A stretch of 64,000 nt of DNA, filler included, from Dimargaris cristalligena (lineage: Eukaryota), in the NCBI GenBank assembly GCA_003614675.1. It is 11 parts of 11 records of this genome, joined end to end, with 100 filler letters (N's around TTAATTAATTAA, not from the genome) between each part and the next. Parts side by side here need not be neighbours in the genome. Positions count along the whole stretch, not along the records: positions 23,488 to 29,237 come from ML003584.1; positions 29,338 to 35,075 come from ML003585.1; positions 35,176 to 40,907 come from ML003586.1; 8 more parts are not named here. One strand, written 5' to 3'. Shown piece by piece: positions 26,429 through 38,875 of the stretch. Numbering within the stretch: position 1 is the first letter of the stretch; each line of letters begins with the position of its first letter. Position numbers and translations under genes: made by a program. The notes below the pieces were generated by a model. The model made no database searches, had not been told where the DNA came from, and saw only the letters and a program-made list of their open reading frames with translations.

Positions 26429-28128
26429 ATGAAGATTATTGTGTCTACCCTCTCGTATCTCTGGATGGCCCAATTGGCCATGGTTATGGCCAGCCCCGTA
26501 CTCACCCCTCTTGACAACCAGGAAACTCCGTCCACCCAAGAAAATCAACAACAGATGCCCCCAATGGTCCGCACTTCTCCTCCCCTTAGAGGTTCGCTCG
26601 ATCGGCTTCCCCGCGAAACTATGTTGAATATCGTGGGTCATACTGACGACAACACACTTCCGGTGTTTCTGGAAATTTCGCGTGGTATCAATCAAGTGGT
26701 CCAGGCCAGTATTGCCTATCGAAACAAAATGGTAAGTTGTGATGAGGGAAGGCCATTGCTGGCAATATGCTCCAACTAATTATACAGCACAATTTTTTAC
26801 TTTTGGAAGGATGTGGGTCGAATTTACCTATATCGTATTACTAAGCCTCCGACTGCCGCGAAAATCGTGTTTCCACTCCCGTCGTCGTTGGAATATATTA
26901 GCGGCAGATCTGGCTAGATTCATTCCGCTGTGATATAGACTACCGCTATCTGTAAGAGTCATTCCCGTCCAAGTCTTCATCTAAATCTAATCCCTCGCCT
27001 ACCACTATTTATATTTCCACTTGGATTACCAACCCTGTTTAGATGAGACTCCGTCTTCCCACCGTAAGCAACTATGGCCAAGAGTATGATGATCTTGCTC
27101 AAAGTGAAAAGGACTACTTGATCGACTTGTTCAAGTTCGAGTTCAACCTTGACCACTACTCATTTGGTGACCCCACTGATTTTACCCTGGAGCAAATAGC
27201 CAAAAGTTACCGGGAACAGCCCTTATCTGAAATAACTTCGGCCATAGAGGCCTATGTCGAGGCTGAGCTAATGGCGGAGAAACGTTGGAGGGTGGTGGAG
27301 TTTTTGGCGCTCACCCCTGACCAAATGTATGCCATATCACCGATGATGGGCCTGGTGGTCGACGGCAATATCGATCTAGTGCTGGCCCTCCAAAGTCGCC
27401 TGGCGAGCTACTGTGGCTCTACACCATTCATGGCCGCGTTTAACGAGGCCTGGGCACCGGCCACACACCAGTTGTTTGTAGCAGCGGAAACAGCCTACGG
27501 TATCCAAGAAGGTTTTGAGTGTACGGCCCACGGCTTTGTAGTGGTCCAACTTGCCACTCTTTTCATCCTAGCCTCCTTACAAAAATGGGAAGCCCTGATT
27601 GAGTTCCTCGCAAAAACCGAGAATATGTCAGGGGTTATCGACTGGAGTCAAACTATATTGGGATTCATGCTCATGTTCGAAAATGGGGTCGATCCCTTGA
27701 CCTTTGGGTACTATCAAAATTTGCCGACAGAACCCTCCTTTATTCGCCATATCCAGCTGTGTGCCGACAAATATCAATTTACCCGCACCCATACTGAAGC
27801 CGCTATTCAATGGGATACTATTCAACAGGACTTTCCGGAAGCCCTCCAATTGAACTCCTCGATTGACAAATGCCCTTTCGATTTTCTGGGTCACAAAATC
27901 CGATATGACGTCACCAAAAACAGCGTGGCCTTTGTCGTGGATGAGGATGTTATGAAAGGCGTGTTGGGTAATCGACCTTTCGTAAAGAGTGGGGAGGGTG
28001 TCTTGGCCGAGCCCATTCCTGAGGTCCTGACCAGTAGCTACAATGCTCGCGATATGCAGTTCGCTCTAGATTCCGTTGAAATGGACAGAGATATCGAACA
28101 CATTAAACTTGTCAGAGACCTGGATTAG
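26429..28128 (+). CDS. Predicted secreted protein (~462 aa) with N-terminal F-box-like motif; join(26429..26731,27043..28128)
   Basis: Signal-peptide-like MKIIVSTLSYLWMAQLAMVMA-SP, followed by SLDRLPRETMLNIVGHTDDNTLPVFLEISRGINQVV. A GTAAGT donor at 26732 and TTTAG acceptor ending at 27042 join in phase 0 to the 361-codon ORF. TATAAAA lies at ~26215. Confidence 0.72.
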
Positions 28129-28826
28129 AAAACCAAACCCGAGGAAACTTAATGGCCTTGGAGTTTCTCTAATATCGAGTAATTGCAATCATGTTTGGTT
28201 TTCGACCTCTCTACGGTCGGTAGGATTGATTTACTTTACCCCGTTCCCTACATTAGACATATAAATGGCGGTGAAGCTCCTGTGGCATTGAAGGGACTTT
28301 CAGTGTAGCTGAATATTAGTGCGCGATCACTATAGCTCAATGTATCACCTTATTTATTTTATATATCGACACAATAGGACTACTTTGGGTTACATACATT
28401 TTACAGCTATACTATATATTTTTTTTATATTTCACGGAAAAAACCCAGTGCTTCAAAAAATGGCTGTTAATTCTGGGTATATGATGCAACCCTCGCTATT
28501 GTTTATTATTTCTACTTTTATTTATAAAATTTTGGTTCCATACCTAATGCCAGAACTGTGAGTCCGAAATACGCATAAAATATTATCTATTTTCCAATAC
28601 TGTTGTGCATGTTTGTAGATTAAAGGCCTAACCCCCTTTCACTGGGGAGCAATTAATTGATAATCCTCAGCAATATTCTACCCATTGAGGGGTGATGAAG
28701 GGCGATTTCTGTAAAGATATCTTTAAAGGTACTTGATTCTCATTTATCAGTCATATTATACCAACAGTATGTATTTCAGGCATAGCTAATTACTGTGATT
28801 CAATGATAGAGTCTCTCATTTTGACT

Positions 28827-28920
28827 GTATATTTCAATCAGTACCAATAACCAAATAAAAGGGAAGACAGCAGCTAGAGAACAGTAGGCACCTCTAGGAG
28901 GCTAGTTGTATTGAATAGTA
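28827..28920 (-). repeat. Dispersed repeat family B (LTR-end-like), copy 1
   Basis: GAAGACAGCAGCTAGAGAACAGTAGGCACCTCTAGGAGGCTAGTTGTATTGA closely matches 63908-63960. A weaker match lies near 16110-16140. Confidence 0.65.
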
Positions 28921-29164
28921 TAATCAATAGGGGATATTTTAAGCTGCTAAAATAATAGGATAAAGAATAACTAAATAAAATCACATGATGGGTGGAAATG
29001 GGATAGGATAGAAGACTTATTTGGGCATATTTTTTAACAAATGGTATGAATGGTAAAGCAGAAATAAGTTGCCTATATTTCAAATCACTGTTAAATACAT
29101 ATATATGCCAGATATTTAGGTAACTCTTAGTATGCCTAAAGTTCTGATAATAAATACAGTAGGG

Positions 29165-29237
29165 TATAAAGCCTAGGTTAACCACTCTTAGTCCATCAAG
29201 AGTCCCAAGGATAGGCTTCTAATGGTAGATGGGGCTT
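29165..29237 (-). mobile_element. LTR family A, short end fragment at contig end
   Basis: GGTTAACCACTCTTAGTCCATCAAGAGTCCCAAGGATAGGCTTC core shared with the other copies. Confidence 0.85.
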
Positions 29238-29337
29238 NNNNNNNNNNNNNNNNNNNNNNNNNNNNNNNNNNNNNNNNNNNNTTAATTAATTAANNNNNNN
29301 NNNNNNNNNNNNNNNNNNNNNNNNNNNNNNNNNNNNN

Positions 29338-29392
29338 ATCTATCTTTTCAAATAAAGTTCAGTTTTCAAGGATTTGATTTCAGTTCTTTACA
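29338..29392 (+). repeat. Terminus of a young repeat (family C, probable LTR 3' end) abutting the Gypsy RT
   Basis: Exact reverse complement of 46684-46738. Contains AATAAA and ends ...CTTTACA. The flanks differ at the two loci. Confidence 0.85.
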
Positions 29393-31971
29393 AATTGTGG
29401 ACCCAGCTGGATGATTATCTACAAAAGGGGTGGATTCAACCGGGATCCTCACCCTGGGGGGCGCCTGTTATCTTTGTCCCTAAAAAAGATGGGACACGTC
29501 GCATGTGTATTGATTATCGTGTGTTAAACACCAAGACTATTAAGAATCGGTACCCTCTACCACACATGGATGAAACCTTTGCCTGTCTTGCGGGATCTAA
29601 ATTCTTTTCCAAAATTGATTTAAAATTGGGCTATCACCAAATTCGCATTCATCCTCCTGATGTTCCCAAGACTGCCCTGAATACTCGATATGGGCAGTTT
29701 GAATTCTTGGTTATGCCTTTTGGGCTCACCAATGCGCCAGCGACTTTTCAAACCCTTATGAATGGGATTCTACATCCCTTCTTGGACAAATTTGCGATGG
29801 TTTACCTGGACGATATCCTTATTTATAGCCCTACTGAGGAAAGTCATCAAAATCATTTACGGCAAGTCTTACAATTGTTGGAAAAACATCACTTATATGC
29901 TAATCTATCAAAATGTGTCTTTGGGCAATCGTCTTTGGAATATTTAGGTCATATTATTTCTTCTAGTGGTGTTAGTGTTGACCCACGTAAGATTCAAGCC
30001 ATGCAGAATTTCCCTACACCTAATAGTATTAAGGCCCTGCAATCTTTTTTAGGTTTAACTAACTACTATAGGCGATTTATTAGCCATTATTCAGACACTG
30101 TTGCTCCTTTAACCAGTGCCCTACGTAATAAGCCCAAAGAACTAACCTGGACTATAGAATGTCAAAAGGCTTTTGAAACCCTTCGCCACCAACTTACTTG
30201 TACCCCAGTGCTAATTTACCCTGATTTTTCTCAAACCTTTGAAATTTTTACTGATGCTTCGGCTACTGCACTGGGGGCTGTATTGATGCAGGACCAGGGT
30301 TTGGGCTTACAACCCATTGCCTATGAGTCCAAAAAATTAACTGGTCCAGAATCTCGTTATGCGGCTCATGAACTTGAACTGTATGCCATTATTTATACCC
30401 TAACTACTTAGCGCCATTTTATCCATGGTCAAAAATTTACCATTCATTCAGACCATAAGGGGCTACAGTTTCTTAAACATACTGCTAAACTCCCTTTACG
30501 TTTACATCATTGGTTGGAGATGCTTCTTGAATTTGATCCCAACATTGAATATCTTCCGGGAACCCAGCAGTTGGTAGCGGATACTCTTTCCCGCTGCCAT
30601 GAGCCTAATCCCACTTTGAATATGGTGACTGAGCAATTGTCTCTTACCATTGATGATCTACCTGCTAATTGGATTGATCACATGCGCTCTTTATTACACC
30701 ATGAACCATTACCTACTGAACTTACTCCTCAAGTGCAACAACTATTGGAGCAAGAACGGGTTCATTGCTACTGGGATGACCATACTAACTCACTTTGCCG
30801 ATTGATTGATAATAATCAAGTCCCATACATTTCCCCTAATGATCGGCAATGCCAGTTACACCAGTATCATGATAATTTCGGCCATGAGGGCTATCAAGCT
30901 ACCTATCACCGGATGAAATCCCGAGTTTGGTGGCCCCAATTATTAAGTGCTGTTCGGCGCTTTGTTCGAGAATGTCCCCGCTGTCAAATTGACCGCCGGT
31001 CCTATCCTATTACTTGAGTTAAACCTACACCATTAGTGCCTGTCTTACAGCCCCTGGATATGTGGGGCATGGATTTTGTTGGCCCCCTGGTAAATTCCCG
31101 CCGAAATAATCGCTATCTGATAACTGTGATTGATCATGCCACTGGTTTTCCACTAGCGCGGGTGATTCCGGAGATTACTGCTGAAGCGGCCATTGCATTT
31201 CTTAGAGAAGAATTAATTCCTGTATTTGGATTACCACGCCAAATCTTAACTGACCGTGGTGCTCAATTCACTGGTAATGATTTCCAGGATTATTTACAGT
31301 CCCTAAACATCCATCATCTCTTAACATCGGCTTATCACCCTGCTACTAATGGGCAGGTAGAACGTTGCCATGCTGAAATCAAAGGAGGCATTCGTCAACA
31401 AAACACTGGGCCCCGACGCAATTGGGATGACTTTCTTCCCACTGTGCTATTAGCCATTCGCACCCGAAGCTCTCGTATTACTAATAGTACCCCCTTTGAA
31501 TTAATGTATGGACGACCTCCCCGAGTTCCTGGAGACCGATTATTACCACCTTTGGAGGAACATGCCTCATACATTACCCCAGAAACACATCAACAACGCA
31601 TCCATAAGGTCAATACACAACGTCAACGGGTCTACCAGAGTCATCAGAAATACCGTTTACAAGTTCGCCATAAGTTCTGGGCCAGCCGCCCAAAAACACG
31701 GCAATATCAGGTAAATGAGGCTGTACTGGTTCATGATTATACAGCGCGCTCTCTCCAACCACGATGGTTTGGACCATTTCGAATTCACCAGGTGTTACGA
31801 TGGAACACTTATCAACTCATAGCTCCAAATGGACGTCTCAGTCCGGCCCCTATTCATGTATCTCGTTTGAAACCAGCGATAGTGACGGCTGCGAATTTTC
31901 GGGCCTGGCATTTGCCACCCCGTTATAATCGCACCCTGGAGGAGGGTGGTATTGTGGCCGGACTAGCATGA
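29393..31971 (+). pseudogene. pol: Gypsy pol, single reading frame broken by two in-frame stops
   Basis: The three called ORFs share one frame. TAG at 30409-30411 replaces the conserved Trp of WRH (TGG->TAG). TGA at 31015-31017 probably derives from CGA. Confidence 0.9.
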
Positions 31972-32733
31972 CCTTAGTAACTCTATTAATTCCTACATTT
32001 AACTTTCTTCGGTCTCGGACCTTCCCTCCAAAAGAGGACGGACTGTACGAGCTTTTCAATTCTTTATATTCTACTGGAGTGGTAGACTTTCTGACCACAT
32101 ACCTCAGTGACACAATGCTCTTTCTCATTAAGGAGCTATGTAGTTATAGTAGTAATAGTCGATATATATATAATCTAGCCGTTCCCCACAGGGTGAACGG
32201 CAATTCCTCTCCTAGCTTCAATTTTCTTATTTTCTTTAGCAATTATTTTAAACCAGGGTCGTACTGGAAACTACCTGCGACTATTTTCAATAAATCATCA
32301 TTTATATATATCTATAACCCACCATTTTAACACATTTCCCGTTTTCGGACGCGATTGGCACAACAGAAATGTGATAAAATCACCAGCTCATGATACTGCC
32401 GGTTCACCATCACAACCACAAGCTCGCCGTTTACCATTAATTCATCATTTACCACCTGTTCACAATCTACCATCACTTCATAATTTACCACAGGTCCCCA
32501 TTGTTCAACGAGCTCATCAATCTTAAATATAGATAGCCTCTGATTATAATCAGGAACGGCTATATTTATCACTAGTTCCTTACCATATAAATACCAGCAA
32601 CCTCACACTTTCTTGAATTCGGCAACCAGCTTTTCTCTTCCTCGTTTTTCTTAATAAATTCTTTAAATCCAATTTCCATCGATTATCTATTGTTTTCAGT
32701 GAATTATTTACATTTTTACCAAATCCCATAACA
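31953..32733 (+). repeat. 3' LTR of the Gypsy element (right boundary approximate)
   Basis: TGT directly after the PPT, TATAAATA at ~32587, AATAAA at ~32653 and a candidate end ...CCCATAACA at 32733. No second LTR is available for confirmation. Confidence 0.6.
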
Positions 32734-35700
32734 GAAATAATTATAAAGGATTTAGATTTTATGGGCTGTATTTTAAAAAATTGGTTTTTAGAAGTTTAGG
32801 GTTAGCTGGTTGATGATAAATACAATCAGTAGGCCGCCATACCGACCTATTAGTACGCTGGTGTATCGCCCAAAAATATAATATATTAAAATGCAGACCC
32901 TGTTTTGCCTCATCTTAACTGGACGTTTATAGTGATGCTAGTTCTTCACACGTTTTATTCTTTGAATTACATATTATTTACAAATAGTAAAAGTAAATTT
33001 ATATATAAATACGTTTTATCACCAATGACAACCTATATTTCAAGCAAGTATCATCTCTGGCGATCCCGAGTGATTCGATTGGGTTCATGAATAGTCAAAA
33101 CTAGGGTTGATCGATACCCATTTTCAAATCGCCTTGTCAACATGCTTCAACATTCCATTGGTTTTTACATCCGAAGACCACCATCCCTGCCTAACTTCCG
33201 GCCAGGAGCTATCCCCTCGATTGAACTCGCCTGGGCTAGCCGAACAAGGCCGTTTCGCTACCCCTTATTCCCGATTATTGGTCCGTCGCCGGTTTTTTTT
33301 TGCCTCTCTCCCGCCCCCCACACGGCCACTTTATATTGGCCCGGGCCCTTTGAGCGCGCCCCTTAATCGGGATCCGCTGACCCAACCCCGCTGGCCCTAC
33401 CTTCTGGACGACGGGGTGCCCGGACGAGCGGACTAGGGGCTATTTAAGGGATAGGGGTGCAGTGCCATGAAAAGGCTAACCTGGGCGGAAGTTGCAAAGA
33501 TAGGCCGCACCCCCTTTTCCCATACCCGGCTCATGTGGGGGAGCAGTGCTCATGTGCCCCAACACACTATACAATACTTTATGTCGACCTGTTGAATTAT
33601 GCTGGTTTAATGAGTCTATTGGCTTGTATCTGGGATTAAATAGAGGTTTGAACCTTTGTCAAACATCGTAGGGTAGGTTTGAAAAGTAATTGCTGAAATA
33701 TCCTCGAGATTGAGGGGAGGTTCTGGGGACGATAATAAACCAAGTTTCTGCATAATATATTTAATTTAAATACCCATAGTATGATACTTAATTAAAATAA
33801 ATTAATAATATGGGATAGTCAATCCAAGTTCTATATAATCCATAAGGGTAGTCATCGAGGCCAGCTCTGGATAGTAAGAATAATAAACACCCCCGCCAGA
33901 ATCGACTATTCCTTAGCAACAAACCTGATAAACGGCTGTGAAGGTATCGGACTTCTCATTTCCTAATCATTTTTTTCGGTTAGTAGACACTAGAAGGACC
34001 CTGCGCATTAAAAAGCAACCCTGGCAGATGGACAAACAGGCTGGACCCTCTCCCCTCACTTTGGCCTATCTGAATTATCACCATACCTTGCCTGGCCCCC
34101 GGTATAATCTACCTGACCTTACTTAAATTGTTGTCCGGCTCGTGCCCACGACATCCCGCCCCCTGATTGACGCTTAGTCCTCTTCATACTCCGACTATCT
34201 GTACTTCCACCCTTAACTTCCCCACCTGTCCAAACTCTTTATTTAGTACGCTTCACAATTGACGCATTTAGGTTTCCTGTATATCCTTTGTTGGGTAGTA
34301 TGAAAACGTTAATGTCTTAAATCGATTACACACTAGCGGAACGACCCCCTACAGAAAACCATGCTCCTCTCCGCGTCGGACTGGCGAGCGTCTATTTCAG
34401 GGTTGCTACCAGGGGCCTCGTTGCCCCGTTGATGGCGGCGGGGTTGAGGCCCTTGAACCATTTGTTGAGCAGTTGGAAAACATGGGGGTAGACAATGATG
34501 CGTTTACAAAGTCAAAAAAAAAATGACTCGGAGACCCCTAACGGGTACATTATTTAACTAGGAGATAAATGACACCGTCCTTATTAAGAAATAGTCCGAT
34601 GTAATGATTAACGATGAGCTCAAAGGCAGGCGTTCTTCAAAATTGGACTTTATCTGCCTACTTTCCTGGATATATAGGTGCTCTAAGAAGTGTAGTGACT
34701 TGACGAAGTATGCCCTGGATTTCGAAATTATATATGTATGCCGGTGCGTTATCTTTTCCTGGAGCACACTATCCATGGGCTCTCCAATGCAAGTATTGCA
34801 CCATGAAGGATGATACCTTTGTCTGACACCCGGGATTGGCGATGACTGACTTAATGTATTTTTAAAGTCGTCGTTACAAACCCAATGATGAAAATCCCGT
34901 ATGCTTGACAATGCCCCTATTTTATTAAACCCCACGCCGCCGTCCAATTCGGATAAACAGGACGGGAATTGAAATCTTTGGCCAACGGGTGTCATGGGCT
35001 AGGATGCTTTCGTCATTCCACAGGTAGCGAATTCTTACTCGGCGCCGAGCTTGATATCCACTCTACGAGGACTCTNNNNNNNNNNNNNNNNNNNNNNNNN
35101 NNNNNNNNNNNNNNNNNNNTTAATTAATTAANNNNNNNNNNNNNNNNNNNNNNNNNNNNNNNNNNNNNNNNNNNNATTATATACATATTGGTATTCCTAT
35201 CTAATCTTTATTTTCGCTTTGCGCATATCATTTATCTGATCATTACTTAGTTCTACTTATTCCTCATTGACTTTTTTGGGGTATTTGGTATATCACTCAC
35301 TTACCTCCCTCCTGTCTTTCAAAAAATAGGACACCCTGCCGTATTAAAAAGTATTTATTATTTGGTGTAGTTATCAATAACTAGTATGTGGATGAGGAAT
35401 AGTTGACACTGATATAAATAGATTGATCACCCATCTTCGCAAAAATAGATTGGCATCGTTTGGCTAAAAATAATAATACAATTTTATATTCCATATCTAT
35501 ACTATAGGAATCGACTGCTTAAGTCCGATAGTGGAATTAGGCATATTTAGAGGTACACATAAGTTAAAAAATGATCGACATTAAGGCATTATGCAAAAAA
35601 AAGGCACGTAATGATAATAAATATATATTAAGGGAATTCCTCTATTACAAATAAAAGGTCTTGTGGCAAATGGTGTGAATTAGGCCAGGTGGCTGCCTAC

Positions 35701-35815
35701 TCACTAGCAAATGGTCGATTGCGACCTGATCTTAGCCGTCCATAATGACCAACCCTTCCCTGCGATCAATCTAACCTTAGATTCCAGAAGAGGGGAGAGG
35801 AGGTCACGTCCTTAC

Positions 35816-38800
35816 TCAGGGAGACGTGGAGGAAGGCGAAGTAAGCTGAGACTGGTCGGTTGCGCGGGTGGCCTGGAACACTTCGTGGACCAATTCCATT
35901 GGCAAATGCTGCATGACCAAGGCATCTACCTGACACTGGTGCTGGCGGGGCGGGAGGAGTTGTTGTTGGTCTCGCAACACGGCCACCACATCTTCTTCCA
36001 GCACGGTGGTGCGGTCGGCCCGGTCTGTGTGGCGCACGATATCCCTGGCCACTTGTTGGAAAAACGCGTGGGATGCGTCCGTTAGGGCCGAAACCAGCTC
36101 CGGGGGTACCCGCGTTTGCCGGGTCACTGACCGGAAAAGGTCCCGCAGGAAAGTTGCTGGGAGGGCGGGGATGGGTCGTCCGAATTCGGAGAAACGCGCG
36201 GGCGCACGGCGGGGCGCGGTACGGCGAGGAGGGGGGGAGGCTTTACCGGTCCGGTCGCGTCCCAATGGGCGGGGCAATGGAGGAAGTCCCGCGGTGGCCG
36301 TCAGGCGGGGTGGGAGAGGGTCTTTTTGGCCATCCGTCAGATCAGGGGCCGGTGAAGATAACGGCAAAGGTGAACGTGAACGCGAAGGTGAAGCGGGCTG
36401 CCCGGTCGGGGTCCCTGCATCGGTCAGTTGGTCGAGTGCCATGGTGTCGGGAAACTCAAAAACGGATACGGCACGGGCTGGAGGGGTTTCGGCGGAGCCC
36501 GCTCCATGCGCCGATACATGAGTAGGACTGTCGAATGAGTCTAGCGGTCTATATTACAGGGGGAGTGGTACATTGGATGGAAGGTAAATTCCGGGTTAAT
36601 TGAGGCATAAGCAACGGCAGTATCAATCCCAGGCAATGCTATATGATATCAGTATAAAGGCCGGTGTTATTTGTCATTGGATTATAAAATAACGAGTAGA
36701 AGTGCAAGCTAGTGTGGTATATATATATTACCTGATTGGTTCGTCCATCGATGCAGGTTCGGGGTTGTTGGTTGTCGCTGACGGGCGTGAATTGGCTATC
36801 ATTGGCGATTCACTGTCCTCCTCGCCGGTAAGGGGGTACTCGGACATATTGGCCGGCGAAAACTCGGGATTAAAATCAATTTGGCTAAAATCCCGTTCGG
36901 CTAATATAGCCCCGGGGGTAAATTGAATACTGTGCATAGACATTCGTTCATCCAGGCGTCGTCGCCGGGAGGCATCGGCCGTGTCAAATTCCTCAAACGT
37001 CACCTCATAATCTAAGTCAGGGCCCAAGTTCAAACCATCACCATCATCATTATCGCCACTGCCACCGTCAGCTCCTTTAGTAGGGAGTCGGTAGTCGAGC
37101 CCCGGAAGGGGGTCATAGGAACGTCCAGGGGACTGGGTATGGGCCATTATAATCCCAGGACTTTCATTGTTAGTGGCCGGGGTGGGGAGCTGAGCAGGAG
37201 AGTCGGGTTTGGACCCAAGAGGAGTAGCCGCAGTGGTGATGTGGGGGGAGGAGCTGGTCGGGGTGGTGTTGGTAGATGATAGAGCCATTGGTAATAATAC
37301 TGAAAGCGGTACTGAAGATTGGCCGGTGGTGGAGGCGTCCATGGATGGATCGAGCATACTCTCCGCATTGAAAAAACTGAGTTCTTCGGTGGAACCGAGG
37401 CTGAATCGACTATACCGGCTGAAGGCCGACGCCGTTGATGGTCGGGTGCCGCGCGAGGAGGACTGGGCCCGCCGGTTGGGGGTGAGTTTGCTGTTGGTAC
37501 TGGCCGACGGGTCCGGGGAATCTAAGTCCAAGTCGGGATACTCCAATTCAAACTCCGAATACCGACCGGCGGGGGCACGGCGCCGATTTTCAGTGGCCGG
37601 CAGTAAACGAGCCCCTGTAGGAGGTAGAAACGAGCGACTGGCTCGCCAGGGGGTGGCAGAAGTGGCCCCCGCAGTGGTGGTAGTAGATGGGACAGGAAGA
37701 GGAGCAGAATCACTATTAAGAGTATTACTACTACCCTGGTCTTCGCTTTCCTCGCCGAAGGCTACACTGGAGGTCGAATAGCGAGAGGTCGGACCCCGGT
37801 GGTTAGTTTTGGGGGCCTGGGTCACAACCGGGAGTTTCTGGGGAGTGGTGGGACGATTCGATGGAACGCGGGACAGGAGACGGAGGAGTCCCTGGGGGGT
37901 CTCTTCAGCATTAGGGGCCGAAAGGCCCGTTGGGGGTGGTTGCCCCGGGGTGGGCTGTGGAGTAGTACCGGCGCGGTACATTTGGGTCACGGACCGCGTC
38001 CGTTGGACCGCCTGGGACGATAACCGACTACGAAGAAGCCGTATATGGTTCGACGCCGGGGGAAGCGGGGCATTGGGTTTAGATGTTGTATTGGTTAACC
38101 GGCCGGGAGTGCGTGGGCCCCCGATAGTAGGGCGTGCGGCCGAGCGGAGAATTGTTTTAAGGTTCGCGTCGTTGGTAGTCCGGGGCCGGGTCTGGGGGGT
38201 ATGCGAGGTCTGAGGGCCACCCGGGGTCTGCTTAGGTGGGGGCGGAGTTCTATAGTTGTCCCCCTCCTTCGCGGGAGGCGTTTGGATGGCCGCTGGGCTG
38301 TTCTCAGCGGGGTGTTCTTTCACTAATGTTTCCGATAGGGACTTGAGGAGAGTAGACGGAGTGTGACTGAACGCTCGTTTGGTGCTGGATTCGGAGTTGA
38401 GGCGAACAACGACCGAACTGCGATCGTTGGGGTCGATTTCCATCGTGGGTTGAAGGTTAGTAGGTGACGAATGGGTACGCCCCACAATGGGTGATTCAGC
38501 CGATTGGGGTATCGACGGCTTGGGCCGAGTTGAATCGGTCCCATTTTCCGTATTATTCCGTTCCGCGTCGCGAAGGTTTTCCAGGGGCGTTTGCACTGTA
38601 AATACGGTCGACTGGGCTGGCCGACGGGTACTACGGGGGGTCGAGGGGGTTTTCATAGCCAACGCCCAATGGGGCTGTTTAGGGCGGCCAGTTGTTGGCA
38701 CCGGGTCCATGGGTACACTGGTCTGGTTGGGGGCTGCCCGCCGGGTGGAAGCAGCGGTAGCTGGACCAGGCGCCCGGGTTTGTGCCAGTCGATTCAGGAC

Positions 38801-38875
38801 TTCGGATATCGTGTTAGGCGAAACATCTACTTTGTGGCGGGCCCGCTTGGGACTGGGGGGCGATGGTTCAGCCAT
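35816..38875 (-). CDS. CENPT: Centromere protein CENP-T (Cnp20/Cnn1 family), ~958 aa; join of 38875..36732 and 36548..35816
   Basis: C-terminal histone fold LPATFLRDLF...VSALTDASHAFFQQVARDI..H...ADRTTVLEEDVVAVLRDQ...LVMQHLPMELV. Long S/T/P-rich disordered N-terminus with TPxxLL[KR] motifs. A GTAATA...ATAG intron at 36731-36549 joins the two ORFs in frame (2877 nt). Confidence 0.85.

Larger units (their letters stand above)
29393..32733 (+). mobile_element. Ty3/Gypsy LTR retrotransposon, 5'-truncated (RT-RNaseH-integrase, PPT, 3' LTR)
   Basis: RT: SPWGAPVIFVPKKDG, MCIDYR, MPFGL, YLDD. RNase H: TDAS, ELYAI. Integrase: H-x4-H...CPRC, WGMDFVG, LTDRG, GQVER, GPF motif. Polypurine tract GGAGGAGGGTGGTAT at ~31938-31952, immediately followed by TGT. 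Confidence 0.95.

Noticed and set aside
34361..35075. Box C/D snoRNA cluster or a protein-coding gene start
   Set aside because: ATGATGA at ~34885 has no suitably placed CTGA or terminal stem, and no frame gives a recognisable protein. Left unannotated.
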